Part shown: one piece after another, positions 38,908 to 50,600 of the stretch
Layout: each line of letters starts with the position of its first letter
Numbering within the stretch: position 1 is the stretch's first letter
DNA from: an uncultured Aquimarina sp.
Lineage (GTDB): Bacteria > Bacteroidota > Bacteroidia > Flavobacteriales > Flavobacteriaceae
Direction: 5' to 3'
Assembly (NCBI RefSeq): GCF_947492405.1
Contig: NZ_CANLMP010000008.1
Span: 225,435-289,434 of the forward strand
DNA: 64,000 nt
Translations under genes and position numbers: made by a program
Notes under the pieces: model-generated
Databases searched by the model: none
What the model saw: only the letters and a program-made list of their open reading frames with translations
Told to the model about the DNA's origin: nothing

Positions 38908-40653
38908 ATGGCAGAAGGTAGCGTTATACAAACTTCGAAGAATGCAGATCTGGTTACTCATAAACTTCTTGTGGGCGGGCAGGAACTTTCAAAAAAATAT
39001 CAGGTTAAGACGATTTCTATAGAAAAAGAAGTGAATAGAATCTCAACGGCTAAGATCATTTTGATAGACGGCGAGCCGGCAAAGCAGGATTTTGAATTAA
39101 GTAATGAAGAGTTATTAATTCCAGGTACAGAAGTCGAAATCACAGCCGGATATCATTCCGATGAGGAAACAGTTTTTAAGGGTATTGTAATCAAACACAA
39201 TATAAAGATAAGAACGAATGGTTCCTACTTAATTCTAGAATGCAAAGATGAATCGGTTAAACTTACCATAGGTAGGAAGAGTAAGTATTTCTACGAAAAT
39301 AAGGATAGTGGAATTATTGAAGAAATTATTGATACCTACGGAATTGATAAAGAAGTAGAAGCTACCAATTATGAACATAAAGAACTAGTGCAGTATAATA
39401 TTTCTGATTGGGATTTTATAGTAAGTAGAGCACAGGCAAATGGGAAACTTTGTTTTGTTGATGACGGAAAGTTAAGTATTAAAAAACCTGATTTCGGCGC
39501 TACCGAAATAGAAACAGTCACTTTTGGTGCTACCATGTTAGATTTAGATGCAGAAATAGACGCAAGGCATCAGATAGATAAAGTAACATCGTATAGTTGG
39601 AATTATGCTGACCAGGAGCTTGTGGAGATTGAAGCGGCTGATCCCGCTGTATCCTTAAACGGAAATTTAGAACCGTCTGATCTATCATCCGTTATTGCTC
39701 TAGAGAACTTAGAACTAAGACACGGTGGTGCACTTTCTACCACAGAAATGCAGGATTGGAGCGATGCTAAATGGATGTTCCAACAGCTTTCTAAAATTAG
39801 AGGTAGAGTAAAGTTCCAAGGGATTCCAGTAGTAAAACCAGGAACGATTCTAAAACTTCAGGGTGTAGGAGACCGCTTTAACGGAAAGGTATATGTAACC
39901 GGGATAAGTCATCATATTTCTGAAGGAAATTGGACTGTAGATGCACAGTTCGGAATTAACCCCAAATGGTTTTCAGAAACCTATGATATTAACCCAATGC
40001 CTGCATCTGGTTTATTATCAGGAGTATGTGGATTACAGATTGGTGTTGTGAGTCAGTTAGAAGAAGACCCGGATGGAGAAAATCGAATATTAGTGCAATT
40101 ACCTATAGTTAATAGTGAGGAACAAGGTATTTGGTGCCGTATCGCTTCTTTAGACGCTGGAGAAAACAGAGGTGCTTTTTTTCTCCCAGAAATCTCTGAT
40201 GAGGTAATTGTTGGTTTTATTAATGATGATCCCAATGATGGAGTAGTATTAGGTATGTTAAATAGCAGTGCTAAACCTGCGCCACTTACAGCAAGTGATG
40301 ATAATCACGAAAAAGGGTTCATTACCAGAAGTGAGATGAAAGTACTGTTCGATGACGATAAAAAATCAATAAGTATAGAAACACCTGCAGGTAAAAAAAT
40401 AGTACTGGATGAAGATGCAGGATCTATAGTTGTAGAAGATGACAATTCTAATGTAATCACCATAGATGATTCGGGAATAGCGATAGAAAGTGCTAGTGAT
40501 ATTAACCTAACAGCATCTGGAGATGTAAATATCGAAGGAACCAATGTAAATATTACTGCCAGTGCACAGTTTAAAGCAGAAGGATCAGCAGGAGTCGAAA
40601 TGTCATCAAGCGCCACAGCAACCTTAAAAGGTTCTTTAGTACAGATAAACTAG
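38908..40653 (+). CDS. vgrG: VgrG-like spike (Afp8-like)
   Basis: QYNISDWDFI..RA, FLPEISDEVIVGF..DDP, C-terminal gp5-like beta-helix repeats. Confidence 0.92.
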   Translation: MAEGSVIQTSKNADLVTHKLLVGGQELSKKYQVKTISIEKEVNRISTAKIILIDGEPAKQDFELSNEELLIPGTEVEITAGYHSDEETVFKGIVIKHNIKIRTNGSYLILECKDESVKLTIGRKSKYFYENKDSGIIEEIIDTYGIDKEVEATNYEHKELVQYNISDWDFIVSRAQANGKLCFVDDGKLSIKKPDFGATEIETVTFGATMLDLDAEIDARHQIDKVTSYSWNYADQELVEIEAADPAVSLNGNLEPSDLSSVIALENLELRHGGALSTTEMQDWSDAKWMFQQLSKIRGRVKFQGIPVVKPGTILKLQGVGDRFNGKVYVTGISHHISEGNWTVDAQFGINPKWFSETYDINPMPASGLLSGVCGLQIGVVSQLEEDPDGENRILVQLPIVNSEEQGIWCRIASLDAGENRGAFFLPEISDEVIVGFINDDPNDGVVLGMLNSSAKPAPLTASDDNHEKGFITRSEMKVLFDDDKKSISIETPAGKKIVLDEDAGSIVVEDDNSNVITIDDSGIAIESASDINLTASGDVNIEGTNVNITASAQFKAEGSAGVEMSSSATATLKGSLVQIN

Positions 40654-40721
40654 AGGTAAGTATTCAGTAGTGAGTACAAAATATAAAATACAAAATACAA
40701 AATTGAATAAGAACGAATTCC

Positions 40722-40771
40722 AGCTTCTCTCCCTCTGAGAGAGATGTCCGCCCAAGGCGGACAGAGAGGGG
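40722..40771 (+). repeat. Twin-hairpin REP-like element, copy B
   Basis: TCTCTC-cctct-GAGAGA then TGTCCGCC-caa-GGCGGACA, same flanks as copy A; upstream of the PAAR gene. Confidence 0.6.
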
Positions 40772-40837
40772 AATTGTAAAAAAATGCTAGTTATAAAAAA
40801 ACTATAAACGAACAACTAATAACATAAACTAAGAAAT

Positions 40838-41128
40838 ATGCCACCAGCAGCAAGAATAACAGATATGCATGTATGTCCTATGGTAACCGGTGTAGTACCA
40901 CACGTTGGAGGACCAATACTTCCAGCAGGAGAACCTACAGTACTTATCGGCGGACTTCCGGCAGCAAGAGTTGGAGATATGGCAACTTGTGTCGGACCAC
41001 CAGATACTATAATCGTAGGTTCCGGAACAGTAATGATTGGTGGAATGCCAGCAGCAAGAATGGGAGATAGTACTGCGCACGGAGGAACTATTGTTTTAGG
41101 ATTACCAACAGTAATAATAGGAGGTTAA
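40838..41128 (+). CDS. PAAR spike-tip protein
   Basis: MPPAARITD.H.CP, PAARVGD..TC, PAARMGD.TAHGG. Confidence 0.95.
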   Translation: MPPAARITDMHVCPMVTGVVPHVGGPILPAGEPTVLIGGLPAARVGDMATCVGPPDTIIVGSGTVMIGGMPAARMGDSTAHGGTIVLGLPTVIIGG

Positions 41129-41130
41129 TT

Positions 41131-41550
41131 ATGGATATAAATACATCATTTTTAGGAACAGGTTGGGGATTTCCACCTGAATTTAATAAAGAAGGGGTTG
41201 AATCTGGAAAAGTAGCAATGTTATCTGATGAAGCAGATATAAAAAGTAGTTTGGAGATTCTACTTTCCACTCGACTAGGTGAGCGTGTGATGGTTCCAAA
41301 TTATGGATGTAATCTCGATGAACTGTTGTTCAAACCATTAAACCTAACGCTGAAAACTTTTGTAAAAGAACTGATTAAAAATGCGATCCTGTATTATGAA
41401 CCTAGAATTGATGCAGAGAAAATACAGATTGATCAAACGAACGAATTAGACGGAGAATTATTGATCCTTATTGACTATAGAATCAGAGCAACCAATGCTA
41501 GAAATAATCTGGTATTCCCATTCTACAAAGAAGAAGGAACTAACATATAA
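41131..41550 (+). CDS. GPW/gp25 baseplate protein (Afp9-like)
   Basis: FLGTGWGFPP, ILLST.LGERVM.P.YGC, YEPRI, NLVFPFY. Confidence 0.93.
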   Translation: MDINTSFLGTGWGFPPEFNKEGVESGKVAMLSDEADIKSSLEILLSTRLGERVMVPNYGCNLDELLFKPLNLTLKTFVKELIKNAILYYEPRIDAEKIQIDQTNELDGELLILIDYRIRATNARNNLVFPFYKEEGTNI

Positions 41551-41568
41551 TAGAAAAAATAAAATACG

Positions 41569-44500
41569 ATGAGTAACAGTTGCGAACATAACGATTTATT
41601 GCTGATGCGGAATGGAACATCCCAGAATCAACGTTGTATTGATGCACTGGACCCGAATAATATTCAATTGCATGATCTAACTACAGAAGATTGGATGCGA
41701 TTTGCACTTAAGTTTTCCGAAAATGTACACTATTTTAAAACTGAAACAAATAGTATTTCAGGAGATTGGACTAATTTCTTTGTAAAAGAAGATGAAATTT
41801 TAGCTTTTGTAGAAAAACTAAAAAAATTAGAAGAACCTTCAGAAGATAGTATAGTAGAAAAAAATGTAGAACCACATCTTACGCTGTTTGCAGCCTTTTT
41901 AAAGTTGACTTCATTCTCGCAAGAACGATTAAACACTTTATCCAAAAAGCATCTGGATTTTTACTATAAAGAAGTTTTAAAATTAGATAATAAAGCTCCC
42001 GTTGAAGATAAGGTACATATACTATTTGAATTAGCGAAAAATGCTACTGAAGTTAGAATCGAAGAGAAAACTTCTCTTGATGGAGGAAAAGATAATGACG
42101 GATTAAAACGAGTATATAAAACTCAGGAAGAAATTATAGTAAATAAAGCGACAGTAGCTTCTTTACGGAATGTTTTTTATGAAGATGGGGTGGGAATAAA
42201 AAATGCTTTTGTAGCGAATTCTTATGATGGAATCGGAGAAGATTTTCCTGGAGATGAAATTAGGTGGTGGCCATTTGGGTATCCAACGGATACTCCTGGA
42301 GCTACACAGGATTCTGGATCATATCCAGACCTTCCTTTCGCAAAAATAGGATTTGGATTATCCTCTCCGGTATTATTATTAAAAGAAGGGAGAAGAACTA
42401 TCACATTCACTTTTGATCTTAGTCCCTTTAACGCAGCACAATTGGATACTTCTGATCTTACAGATGCAATAGCAGTTTTTTTTAGTGGAGAAAAAGAATG
42501 GATCGAAGGCGAAATTATAGCAAGTGAATCTTCAATTGCATCCGGAGAATTAAAAATAGTAGTTGTACTTAACGAAGGTTTAGATCCAATAATTAATTAT
42601 GATAAAGAAGTATTAATTGAACCTTATAATACAACAGATCCTGTAGTTAGATTTGTGATTAGAAATAGTATTACAAATAATAAAGGCAATACGTTTCAGC
42701 AACTATTCTCTTCCACGGTAATAAATAGTGCAACAATAGATGTGTCAATTGATGCCATACAGGATATTACAGTTGAGAATGATTTAGGAGTTTTGGATGC
42801 TTCTAAACCATTTTACCCTTTTGGTCCGCAACCTAAAAGAGGATCTAATTTTTTTATAGGATTACCAGAAGCATTAGATAAAAACTGGACTAAAATAAAT
42901 ATAGATTTTGAATGGAAGGATAAGATAAATCTAGTAGACAATTATGTTGCTTACAGGACAGAATTTATTGATAAAATTAGTAAAGACAGATATACATTAA
43001 CGCTAGATGCAAATGGAGCTATTGGTAATCCTAATACTCTTGATGCTATTGTAGATAGTGAGGATTATTTTACGTCAAAAGTACAAGTTCTTGAGAATGG
43101 AGTTTGGGATACTAAGGATTTAAATCATCTTTTATTTAGTACATCCGATCGCAATAAGAGTAGCATAGAAATTACAAAAACTGCGGATACTGCTGCTGAT
43201 AAAGAAGATTTTTTTGATTTCTTCTTTCAACCTGGAAGAAAGTTTCAAAAAGGGGGAAATATATTTCAAAGCAAACAACCTCCAAAAGAAAAATTTACAG
43301 CCGCTGTTAAAAAGGGTTTTGTAAAACTCATCCTGAATACATCATTTTTGCACGATTTGTTTCCTAGAATTTTTTCCGTAGCGTTGTCCAAAGAAAATGT
43401 ATCGAATACACTTATTCCCAATGCTCCATATACACCACAAATCGAAACAATCAAGGTTGGATACGATGCTCAAGCGAGTACGACGGATAATGATGTGAAG
43501 TTATTTCACGAACACCCTTTTGGAGTTTCTGAAGAAAATGAAGAACTAAAAAATAACTCCGTTTTAAAAACAACAGATCGGGTAATTAAATTATTGCCTG
43601 CATATAAAAACGGATCTTTGTTTCTAGCATTAGAAAATGCAGAGAATCTTCAGAGTGTATCACTACTTGTCCAAACATTAGAAGGAAGTGAAAATCCAGA
43701 AACAACTAATGATTTTGCCAAAGGAGAAAAATTAGAATGGTCCATATTATGCGATAATGAATGGTTATCCTTAAATACAGATTTTATCCTGGCTAATAAT
43801 ACAGATAATTTCTTAAAATCTGGCATAGTAAAGCTTTCAATTCCTAAGCAAGCTACTAAGGAAAATACAAAATTACCGACTGGATATTTTTGGCTTAAAG
43901 TTGATAACCCAAGAGATTTTGATACTGTGAGTCAGCTGATTGATATCAAATCCCAAGCAGTATTAGCTCAATTTGAAAATAACAATAATAACCTGAATCA
44001 CTTACAGTATGGAATTCCGGCTGGAACAATTTCTAAGTTGGTGGAACGCTTGGCCAATGTAAAAGGAGCCATTCAGGAGTATGGATCATTTGATGGTAAA
44101 CCAGAGGAAACTGATAAAGAATTCTATAGAAGAATAAGCGAACGATTAAGACATAAACAACGAGCGATTACGATCTGGGATTATGAACATTTAGTTTTAC
44201 AGGAGTTTCCTGATATCTATAAGGTAAATTGTTTGAATCATACATCGTTGACTTCTTTTCTGTCTCCAGGAGATGTGACCTTAGTGATTATACCTAATAT
44301 CATAAACCAAAATGTGTATGATCCGTATAAGCCTAGAATTAGTAAAGCAAAGAGAAATGAAATACAAAACTTCGTCAATCAGTTAAATACACTTCATGTA
44401 ACAGCACAGGTAATTAATCCTATTTACGAAGAAGTAAAAGTAATCCTGAAAGCAAAGTTTTATGAAGGAAAAGATGAAAATTTTTATTCAACTCAACTGC

Positions 44501-44811
44501 AAAAGGATGTCGCAAAATTATTGGCTCCTTGGGCTTTTGAAGAAACTTCGATTATCGATTTTGGAATTACCCTACATGAAAGTGTGGTGATTAATTATAT
44601 AGAAAAACTGGAATACGTAGACTATATAACAGATTTTCAGTTGCAAAAAGAAACGGGTGTAACCAATTTAGGAGTAAAAATATTCTCATCAGTAAAGAAA
44701 GTAGAGCCAAGTAGTGCAAAAGTGATTCTCACTTCGGTGAAATTCACAAGCCATGAAATAGGAGTAGTAACTCCAGAAGAAGGATGTACAGTATTAACAT
44801 CAGGACAGTAA
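41569..44811 (+). CDS. Baseplate J/gp6-like wedge protein (Afp11-like)
   Basis: PHLTLFAAFL, HLDFYY..VL, FYRRISERLRHKQRAITIWDYEHLVLQEFP. Confidence 0.9.
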   Translation: MSNSCEHNDLLLMRNGTSQNQRCIDALDPNNIQLHDLTTEDWMRFALKFSENVHYFKTETNSISGDWTNFFVKEDEILAFVEKLKKLEEPSEDSIVEKNVEPHLTLFAAFLKLTSFSQERLNTLSKKHLDFYYKEVLKLDNKAPVEDKVHILFELAKNATEVRIEEKTSLDGGKDNDGLKRVYKTQEEIIVNKATVASLRNVFYEDGVGIKNAFVANSYDGIGEDFPGDEIRWWPFGYPTDTPGATQDSGSYPDLPFAKIGFGLSSPVLLLKEGRRTITFTFDLSPFNAAQLDTSDLTDAIAVFFSGEKEWIEGEIIASESSIASGELKIVVVLNEGLDPIINYDKEVLIEPYNTTDPVVRFVIRNSITNNKGNTFQQLFSSTVINSATIDVSIDAIQDITVENDLGVLDASKPFYPFGPQPKRGSNFFIGLPEALDKNWTKINIDFEWKDKINLVDNYVAYRTEFIDKISKDRYTLTLDANGAIGNPNTLDAIVDSEDYFTSKVQVLENGVWDTKDLNHLLFSTSDRNKSSIEITKTADTAADKEDFFDFFFQPGRKFQKGGNIFQSKQPPKEKFTAAVKKGFVKLILNTSFLHDLFPRIFSVALSKENVSNTLIPNAPYTPQIETIKVGYDAQASTTDNDVKLFHEHPFGVSEENEELKNNSVLKTTDRVIKLLPAYKNGSLFLALENAENLQSVSLLVQTLEGSENPETTNDFAKGEKLEWSILCDNEWLSLNTDFILANNTDNFLKSGIVKLSIPKQATKENTKLPTGYFWLKVDNPRDFDTVSQLIDIKSQAVLAQFENNNNNLNHLQYGIPAGTISKLVERLANVKGAIQEYGSFDGKPEETDKEFYRRISERLRHKQRAITIWDYEHLVLQEFPDIYKVNCLNHTSLTSFLSPGDVTLVIIPNIINQNVYDPYKPRISKAKRNEIQNFVNQLNTLHVTAQVINPIYEEVKVILKAKFYEGKDENFYSTQLQKDVAKLLAPWAFEETSIIDFGITLHESVVINYIEKLEYVDYITDFQLQKETGVTNLGVKIFSSVKKVEPSSAKVILTSVKFTSHEIGVVTPEEGCTVLTSGQ

Positions 44812-44821
44812 ATAGAAACTC

Positions 44822-47635
44822 ATGAAAGAAACGATTTCCATACCAAAGAATGTAAATACAGGAGATGATCTGGACTATGATTATCTAAGAGATGTAGGTG
44901 TTGATTATATCGAAAAGATCGGAAGTAAATTATGGACAGATTATAATGTTCACGATCCCGGCGTGACTATGTTAGAGATGTTGTCATATGCAATTACCGA
45001 CCTTTCTCAACGAATCGAGATGCCAATTCAGAATTTATTAGCCTCCAAGGAGAATAATAAAAGTAACATGCACCAACAGTTTTTGTCAGCGATACATATC
45101 CTTCCTACAAAACCTGTAACAGCATTGGATTATCGAAACTTGTTTGTTCACGTACAAGGAGTAAAAAATGCTTGGATCAAAGCTCATGATCAATACATCC
45201 ATATTAATTGCAAAACACATCCCGCTGAACTGTCGTATAATGCTATTGACGAAAATCAGGTGTTACCGGCTCCGTTTAAACTAAAAGGACTTAATGATAT
45301 CATTTTAGACCTTGAAGAAGAAGTGGTAGATCAAGATAGTGTTATTAGCTTAGTAAAGAATGTATACCATCAAAACAGGAACTTGTGCGAAGATATAGTG
45401 GATGTTACGATTGTAAAAGAATATCCAATAGCTATTTGCGCTTATATAGATTTAGAAGCTGGAGCAGATGAAGAGTATATTTTAGCATTGATTTACCAAG
45501 CTATAGATCATTATTTTTCTCCATCAGTAAACTTCTATTCTTTACAGCAGATGTTTGATAAAGGGTATACTACGGATCAAATTTTTGAAGGACCTATTCC
45601 TTTTTCTGAAGCTTGTGTTGATTTTGATAATATCAAAGGAGGGTTTATTGATAAAGAAGAACTTATAAATGCGGATCTTAGAAAAGAAGTCCGGCTCTCT
45701 GATATCATTCAGTTGATCATGAATATAGAGGGAGTTCATGTGATTAAGGATATTTCTATTGGTAATTGTGGCGGAACTTTAGGGTTAGAAGGATCCTGGA
45801 ATATCTGTATTAAAGACTGGCACAAACCAGTTAGATGTGATAAGAGCACTTTCAATTTTACCAAAGGATTATTACCTATAGGTGTTAATGAATCCAGAGT
45901 AGCCACTAATATAGCAAAACTTAAAGCAGAAGAAAAAGCAAAACAGCAAAGTGTAAGTATTGAAGATGTAGAAATTCCTTTGGGGAGTTATCAAACACCA
46001 GAAAGGTATACTACAATTCAAAATGATTTTCCAGATACCTATGGGATTTCTTCATTCGGACTTCCTGGAAATGCAAAAAAACAGCGCAAAGCAAAAGCAA
46101 AACAGTTGAAAGCATATTTATTGTTTTTTGATCAGATACTGGCTAATTATTTTAAGCATTTATCTCAGGTTAAAAATTTGTTGTCCGTAGATGAAAATCT
46201 TAAAAAATTATATATAGATGATGTTGTACTTACAGAAATAGAAGAGTTAAAAGCGAAACAAACCTATTATACACAACAGGTAGAGGATATTACCGATATA
46301 GAAACTATAATTTCTGATCACACGAATTATGAGCAGGATCTAATAAAAATTATGAGTGATGTAAAAGGAGAAGAAACCAGTAGTGAGGTTTTTTATAAGA
46401 GGCGTAATGAGCTTTTGGATCACTTGATAAGTCGATTTTCTGAACGATTTGGAGATTATGTATTCGTTATGAAGTTGTTATATGGAGATAATCAAAGTGC
46501 TAATGATGAAATTTTAAGAGCAAAACTCAGCTTTTTGCAAGACTATAAAGAAATTAGTTGTGCTAGAGGTGTAGGATTTAACTATTGTAATCCCAAAACA
46601 GAAGCAGATGATAACGGGATTTGGGATACAGCTAATGTTTCTGGAGTACAGAAAAGAATATCAAAACTTCTAGGAGTATTGGACTATACAAGAAGAGATC
46701 TGGCATCAGAGTTTTTAGAAGTTTACGAAGAGCTGGATGATGATGAAATTACAGAGTACAGATGGAGGATTAAAAATGAAGACCAGATACTATTATCTTC
46801 TAGTAAACACTATCACAATCTTACTGATGCTTTCGAAGAACTTTTTCGAGCATATCATTTGGCTAAAAATGCAGATAATTATGATTTTAGGCTGACCGAA
46901 GATGGTACACAAACCTATTTTAATTTAATCAATCCGGATATCTCTGATCCAGAAAATGAAGATTGGATTATTGCAAGAAGGATTGCTTTTACTGATACAG
47001 AAGAGGAAGCAATAGATGCTAGAGATACTTTAATAAGACTTATTAAGGAAATTAGTGCTGATGAAGGAATGTATATAATAGAGCATATTCTACTACGCCC
47101 AGATACCAATAATCTAAATCAGTTTGATGTCGAAAATCCAGATGATTTATTACCAGATGCCGGTCCACAAGATTTTATGCCCACCTGTTTAGATACTGAT
47201 TGTAAATCTTGTAGCCCAGTAGATCCTTACTCCTTTAGAGTTTCTATAATACTACCTGGTTGGACAGAAAGATTTGGTAATAAAGATTTCAGAAGATTTG
47301 CAGAACAATTAATCCGAGAAGAATTACCGGCTCACGTGTTAGCAAGAATCTGTTGGGTTGGATATCCCATAGGTTTAGTACCTGATGAAGAGAATGACAT
47401 GTTCAATCTACAAGAAAAGTACAAAAGCTTTTTAGAACAACTGCATTGCGATACGATCATTGATAGTACATCAGCAATAGAAAATTATAGAACTACAGTA
47501 AATGAATTGGTGAAATGTATGAACGATGCACATACAATTTATCATACCGGACGATTACACGATTGTGATAATGATGATACGGAAGAAACAGGAAATAAAA
47601 TAATACTAGGAAGAACAAATATTGGCAACCTTTAA
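44822..47635 (+). CDS. Baseplate protein (Afp12-like)
   Basis: WTDYNVHDPGVTMLE, QLKAYLLFFDQILANY, EGMYIIEHILLRP, DPYSFRVSIILPGW, IREELPAHV. Confidence 0.88.
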   Translation: MKETISIPKNVNTGDDLDYDYLRDVGVDYIEKIGSKLWTDYNVHDPGVTMLEMLSYAITDLSQRIEMPIQNLLASKENNKSNMHQQFLSAIHILPTKPVTALDYRNLFVHVQGVKNAWIKAHDQYIHINCKTHPAELSYNAIDENQVLPAPFKLKGLNDIILDLEEEVVDQDSVISLVKNVYHQNRNLCEDIVDVTIVKEYPIAICAYIDLEAGADEEYILALIYQAIDHYFSPSVNFYSLQQMFDKGYTTDQIFEGPIPFSEACVDFDNIKGGFIDKEELINADLRKEVRLSDIIQLIMNIEGVHVIKDISIGNCGGTLGLEGSWNICIKDWHKPVRCDKSTFNFTKGLLPIGVNESRVATNIAKLKAEEKAKQQSVSIEDVEIPLGSYQTPERYTTIQNDFPDTYGISSFGLPGNAKKQRKAKAKQLKAYLLFFDQILANYFKHLSQVKNLLSVDENLKKLYIDDVVLTEIEELKAKQTYYTQQVEDITDIETIISDHTNYEQDLIKIMSDVKGEETSSEVFYKRRNELLDHLISRFSERFGDYVFVMKLLYGDNQSANDEILRAKLSFLQDYKEISCARGVGFNYCNPKTEADDNGIWDTANVSGVQKRISKLLGVLDYTRRDLASEFLEVYEELDDDEITEYRWRIKNEDQILLSSSKHYHNLTDAFEELFRAYHLAKNADNYDFRLTEDGTQTYFNLINPDISDPENEDWIIARRIAFTDTEEEAIDARDTLIRLIKEISADEGMYIIEHILLRPDTNNLNQFDVENPDDLLPDAGPQDFMPTCLDTDCKSCSPVDPYSFRVSIILPGWTERFGNKDFRRFAEQLIREELPAHVLARICWVGYPIGLVPDEENDMFNLQEKYKSFLEQLHCDTIIDSTSAIENYRTTVNELVKCMNDAHTIYHTGRLHDCDNDDTEETGNKIILGRTNIGNL

Positions 47636-47650
47636 AAAAGAAGAAAAGTC

Positions 47651-50600
47651 ATGGCAACAATAAGATTAGAAGAAATTACAACGCAATATCGATCCTTTGT
47701 CGATGATCAGGTATTGACGGCAGAACAACTTAATACAATAATAGAATATTTTGAAGATCAGCATAGACTAACCCGTATTTGTTTAAATGGAGTAGGTATT
47801 GTGTGCGGTCTTGATGTAACCTTTATAGAGAATACTTCTATTACCGTATCGGATGGATGTGCTGTAACCACGGATGGAGATTTAATAAAGTACTTGGCTA
47901 AAACGTATACTCATACTAAACTGTTTGAGGACAAAGATGCTAACTACAGTAAATTTATAGGTGTCTCCGATATTCATGAATTATTGACTACAGAAGAGTC
48001 TCAATCGACAGAGGCTTCTGCATTAGATGCTATGGATGATATTGCAGATAAAGTAGTTGTGCTATATCTCGAAAATTTTGCAAAGGAAGAAACGCCATGT
48101 ACTTCTACCGATTGTGATACTCAAGGTAAAGAACAAGTTGCTAACATTAGAATGTTATTACTATCTAAAAATGATGTAAAGACCATCAGCAATAAGGACA
48201 ATGACCCAATATTTGATAAGCATAATAATATCAAAAAATTTATCAATCTTCCGGAGATTTCTGTTAAACGTGTGATTCTTAAAAATGAGTATGTACTTGG
48301 TAACCTCAGAAATGCAGTTATTTCAAAAAACTCTAATACTGCAGATTACTTTAAATTAAAAAACAGTTATTATGATGTTATAAAAAATACTTCCGTTATT
48401 ACAGATCTAAAAGCAGGAATCACCAGATTTTTTACAGATTTCAAGACCTTGCTGGACACAGATTCTTTGGTAGTAAACACATCAAGTGCTATTAATAATA
48501 GAATTGATTCGATATTCAATTTTAAGATTACCAATATACCGCTGGATATTCAATATCGTTATGATGTGCTAAAGGATGTGGTAAGTACTTATAATGAAAT
48601 TAAATGCCTTTTATTTGATTTAAGAGTCATCTGTTGTCCGGATAAAAATTCATTTCCTAAGCATCTACTATTGGGAGAATTAACTCCCGCTTCAACATAC
48701 CTAGAATGCAGACATAGTTTTTATCCTTCGCCTATAATACCTCACGGTAAAGAAAAGTGGGAAGAGATCAGAAATCTGATATTGAAGATATATTATATGT
48801 TACAGGAATATAATATCACACAATCAGCACTTACAGATATCAAAGTTACTCCATCATTGGGATATGATACTTCTCTTAGTAAGCGCTCTATTCCATATTA
48901 TTACAGTACCTCAAAAAATCTTATTGAAAATTGGGACTACTTAAAAACCAAGAAATATGAAGAAGATCAAAATTTAGGTTACAGAAGTACAAACCTTTCT
49001 GATAGTGACCCAATTCAAAATCCTTTAGATTATAATATCGATGGAAATGATTTTTATAGAATCGAAGGACATTTGGGTAAAGATTATCGAACAGCGATAA
49101 AAGATTTGGATACGATCAAAAATGAAAAAGGATTAGCTTTTGATATTAAAGTATTAAGTATTGACGAAACTTTAGAAAGTCTTGATCTTTCTGATTACAA
49201 GTGTCAGTTTGAGGATTTGAATGCAGTGTTAAAAGCTTGGCGAGCAGAGCAGAATTGTCTAAATGCTAATGTGGCAAAATTTTTCTCAGGATTTAGTACA
49301 AAAGATAAGGGGAGACATAAATACTATAAAGTAGATAGTTTTGAAACCGCTGCAAACTCTGTCGTTTCAGAAGAACCGATGGTGTCAGAAAGAGTGTTAT
49401 TATCACCAATAAGCTCCATAACGAATATAAACATCCCATTAGATACGGTAACATTAGACGCTTCTTTTCGAGAGATAGGTGGATTTCAAACTGTATATGA
49501 TGTGGATACAGTGGTGGTTGATAATATTATAAAAGAAGAAGATGTTCTGGGTAAAGTTATAGATAAAGCCTTTAAGGAAAAACCAGAAGGCTCGGCAGAG
49601 GATATTATTGCAGTGATCAAAAAAGATATAGATGAAGATCCGATTATTTCTTCTTGGGAAACTGAAGTAAAAGATGTAGCAATTAATCAGCCAGCAGAGA
49701 TTCTGGCACATACCAAAGTGGCAACGAGGTACATCCCCAATAGTGTCGAAGAAATGGACGTTAAGAGGATCAATGATTACAAGATAACAATAGAGAGTTT
49801 ATGCGAAAAAGTAGAGGCTTATAAAAAAAAGACGACGGGTTTATTATATGCAGAATCTACAAATTATAGAAGAGCAGGTTTTGAACAACAATATGCTTTA
49901 TTATTGAATCAATTATCTATCAATTGTTGTGCGGCCGAAAAAATTGAAATATTACTAGAAGAAATTCAAAAGCGTAAAGAAGAAGTATTAGCGCAAAAAC
50001 TTTTATCCAAGTTTGTCGAAAAGCATAGTGGATTAGAGCATAAAGCTGGAGTAAAACCTGGCGGTACATTTGTAATGGTGTACAAAGGAAAAAGTGAATC
50101 AACAGGTAGAACACCTTCTTTAGTAAGTAATGCGATTGCATCTACGGCAATTACTACTGCTAACTTGCCCTCGCTTAATTTATTGGGAGTCAATAATCCG
50201 ACAGTGAGTGTGGCAGGAATTAATCCAACAGCAGTCATAAATCCTAACATCTTAGAAGCTAATTCGGCATTAACAGCATTAAGTACAGTAGATTTTTCGA
50301 GATTTAGAGATTTGTTAGTACCTCCAATTGCTAATGTAACAGAGAATACTGTGGTAGCTGATTTTGCATTACCATATTTATGTTGTTCTGATTGTGCTCC
50401 AACGGCCTTTATTATTCCAAAACAACCAGTTTCTCTTCGTTTACCAGTCGATTTTGTTTGTCTTCATGAAGGTAGAACACCAATAGCATTCGAAGTGATT
50501 CCTGCGGATGGAATTGTTGCAGCAAATGTAGATGAAGGTCTTAATGGAGGTGTTACACAGATTGATGGTAAATACTTCTTTGATGCGACACAAATTAGTG

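Noticed and set aside
40676-40705. Short (C/T)AAAATA iterations after vgrG
   Set aside because: Low-complexity AT-rich sequence expected at this base composition
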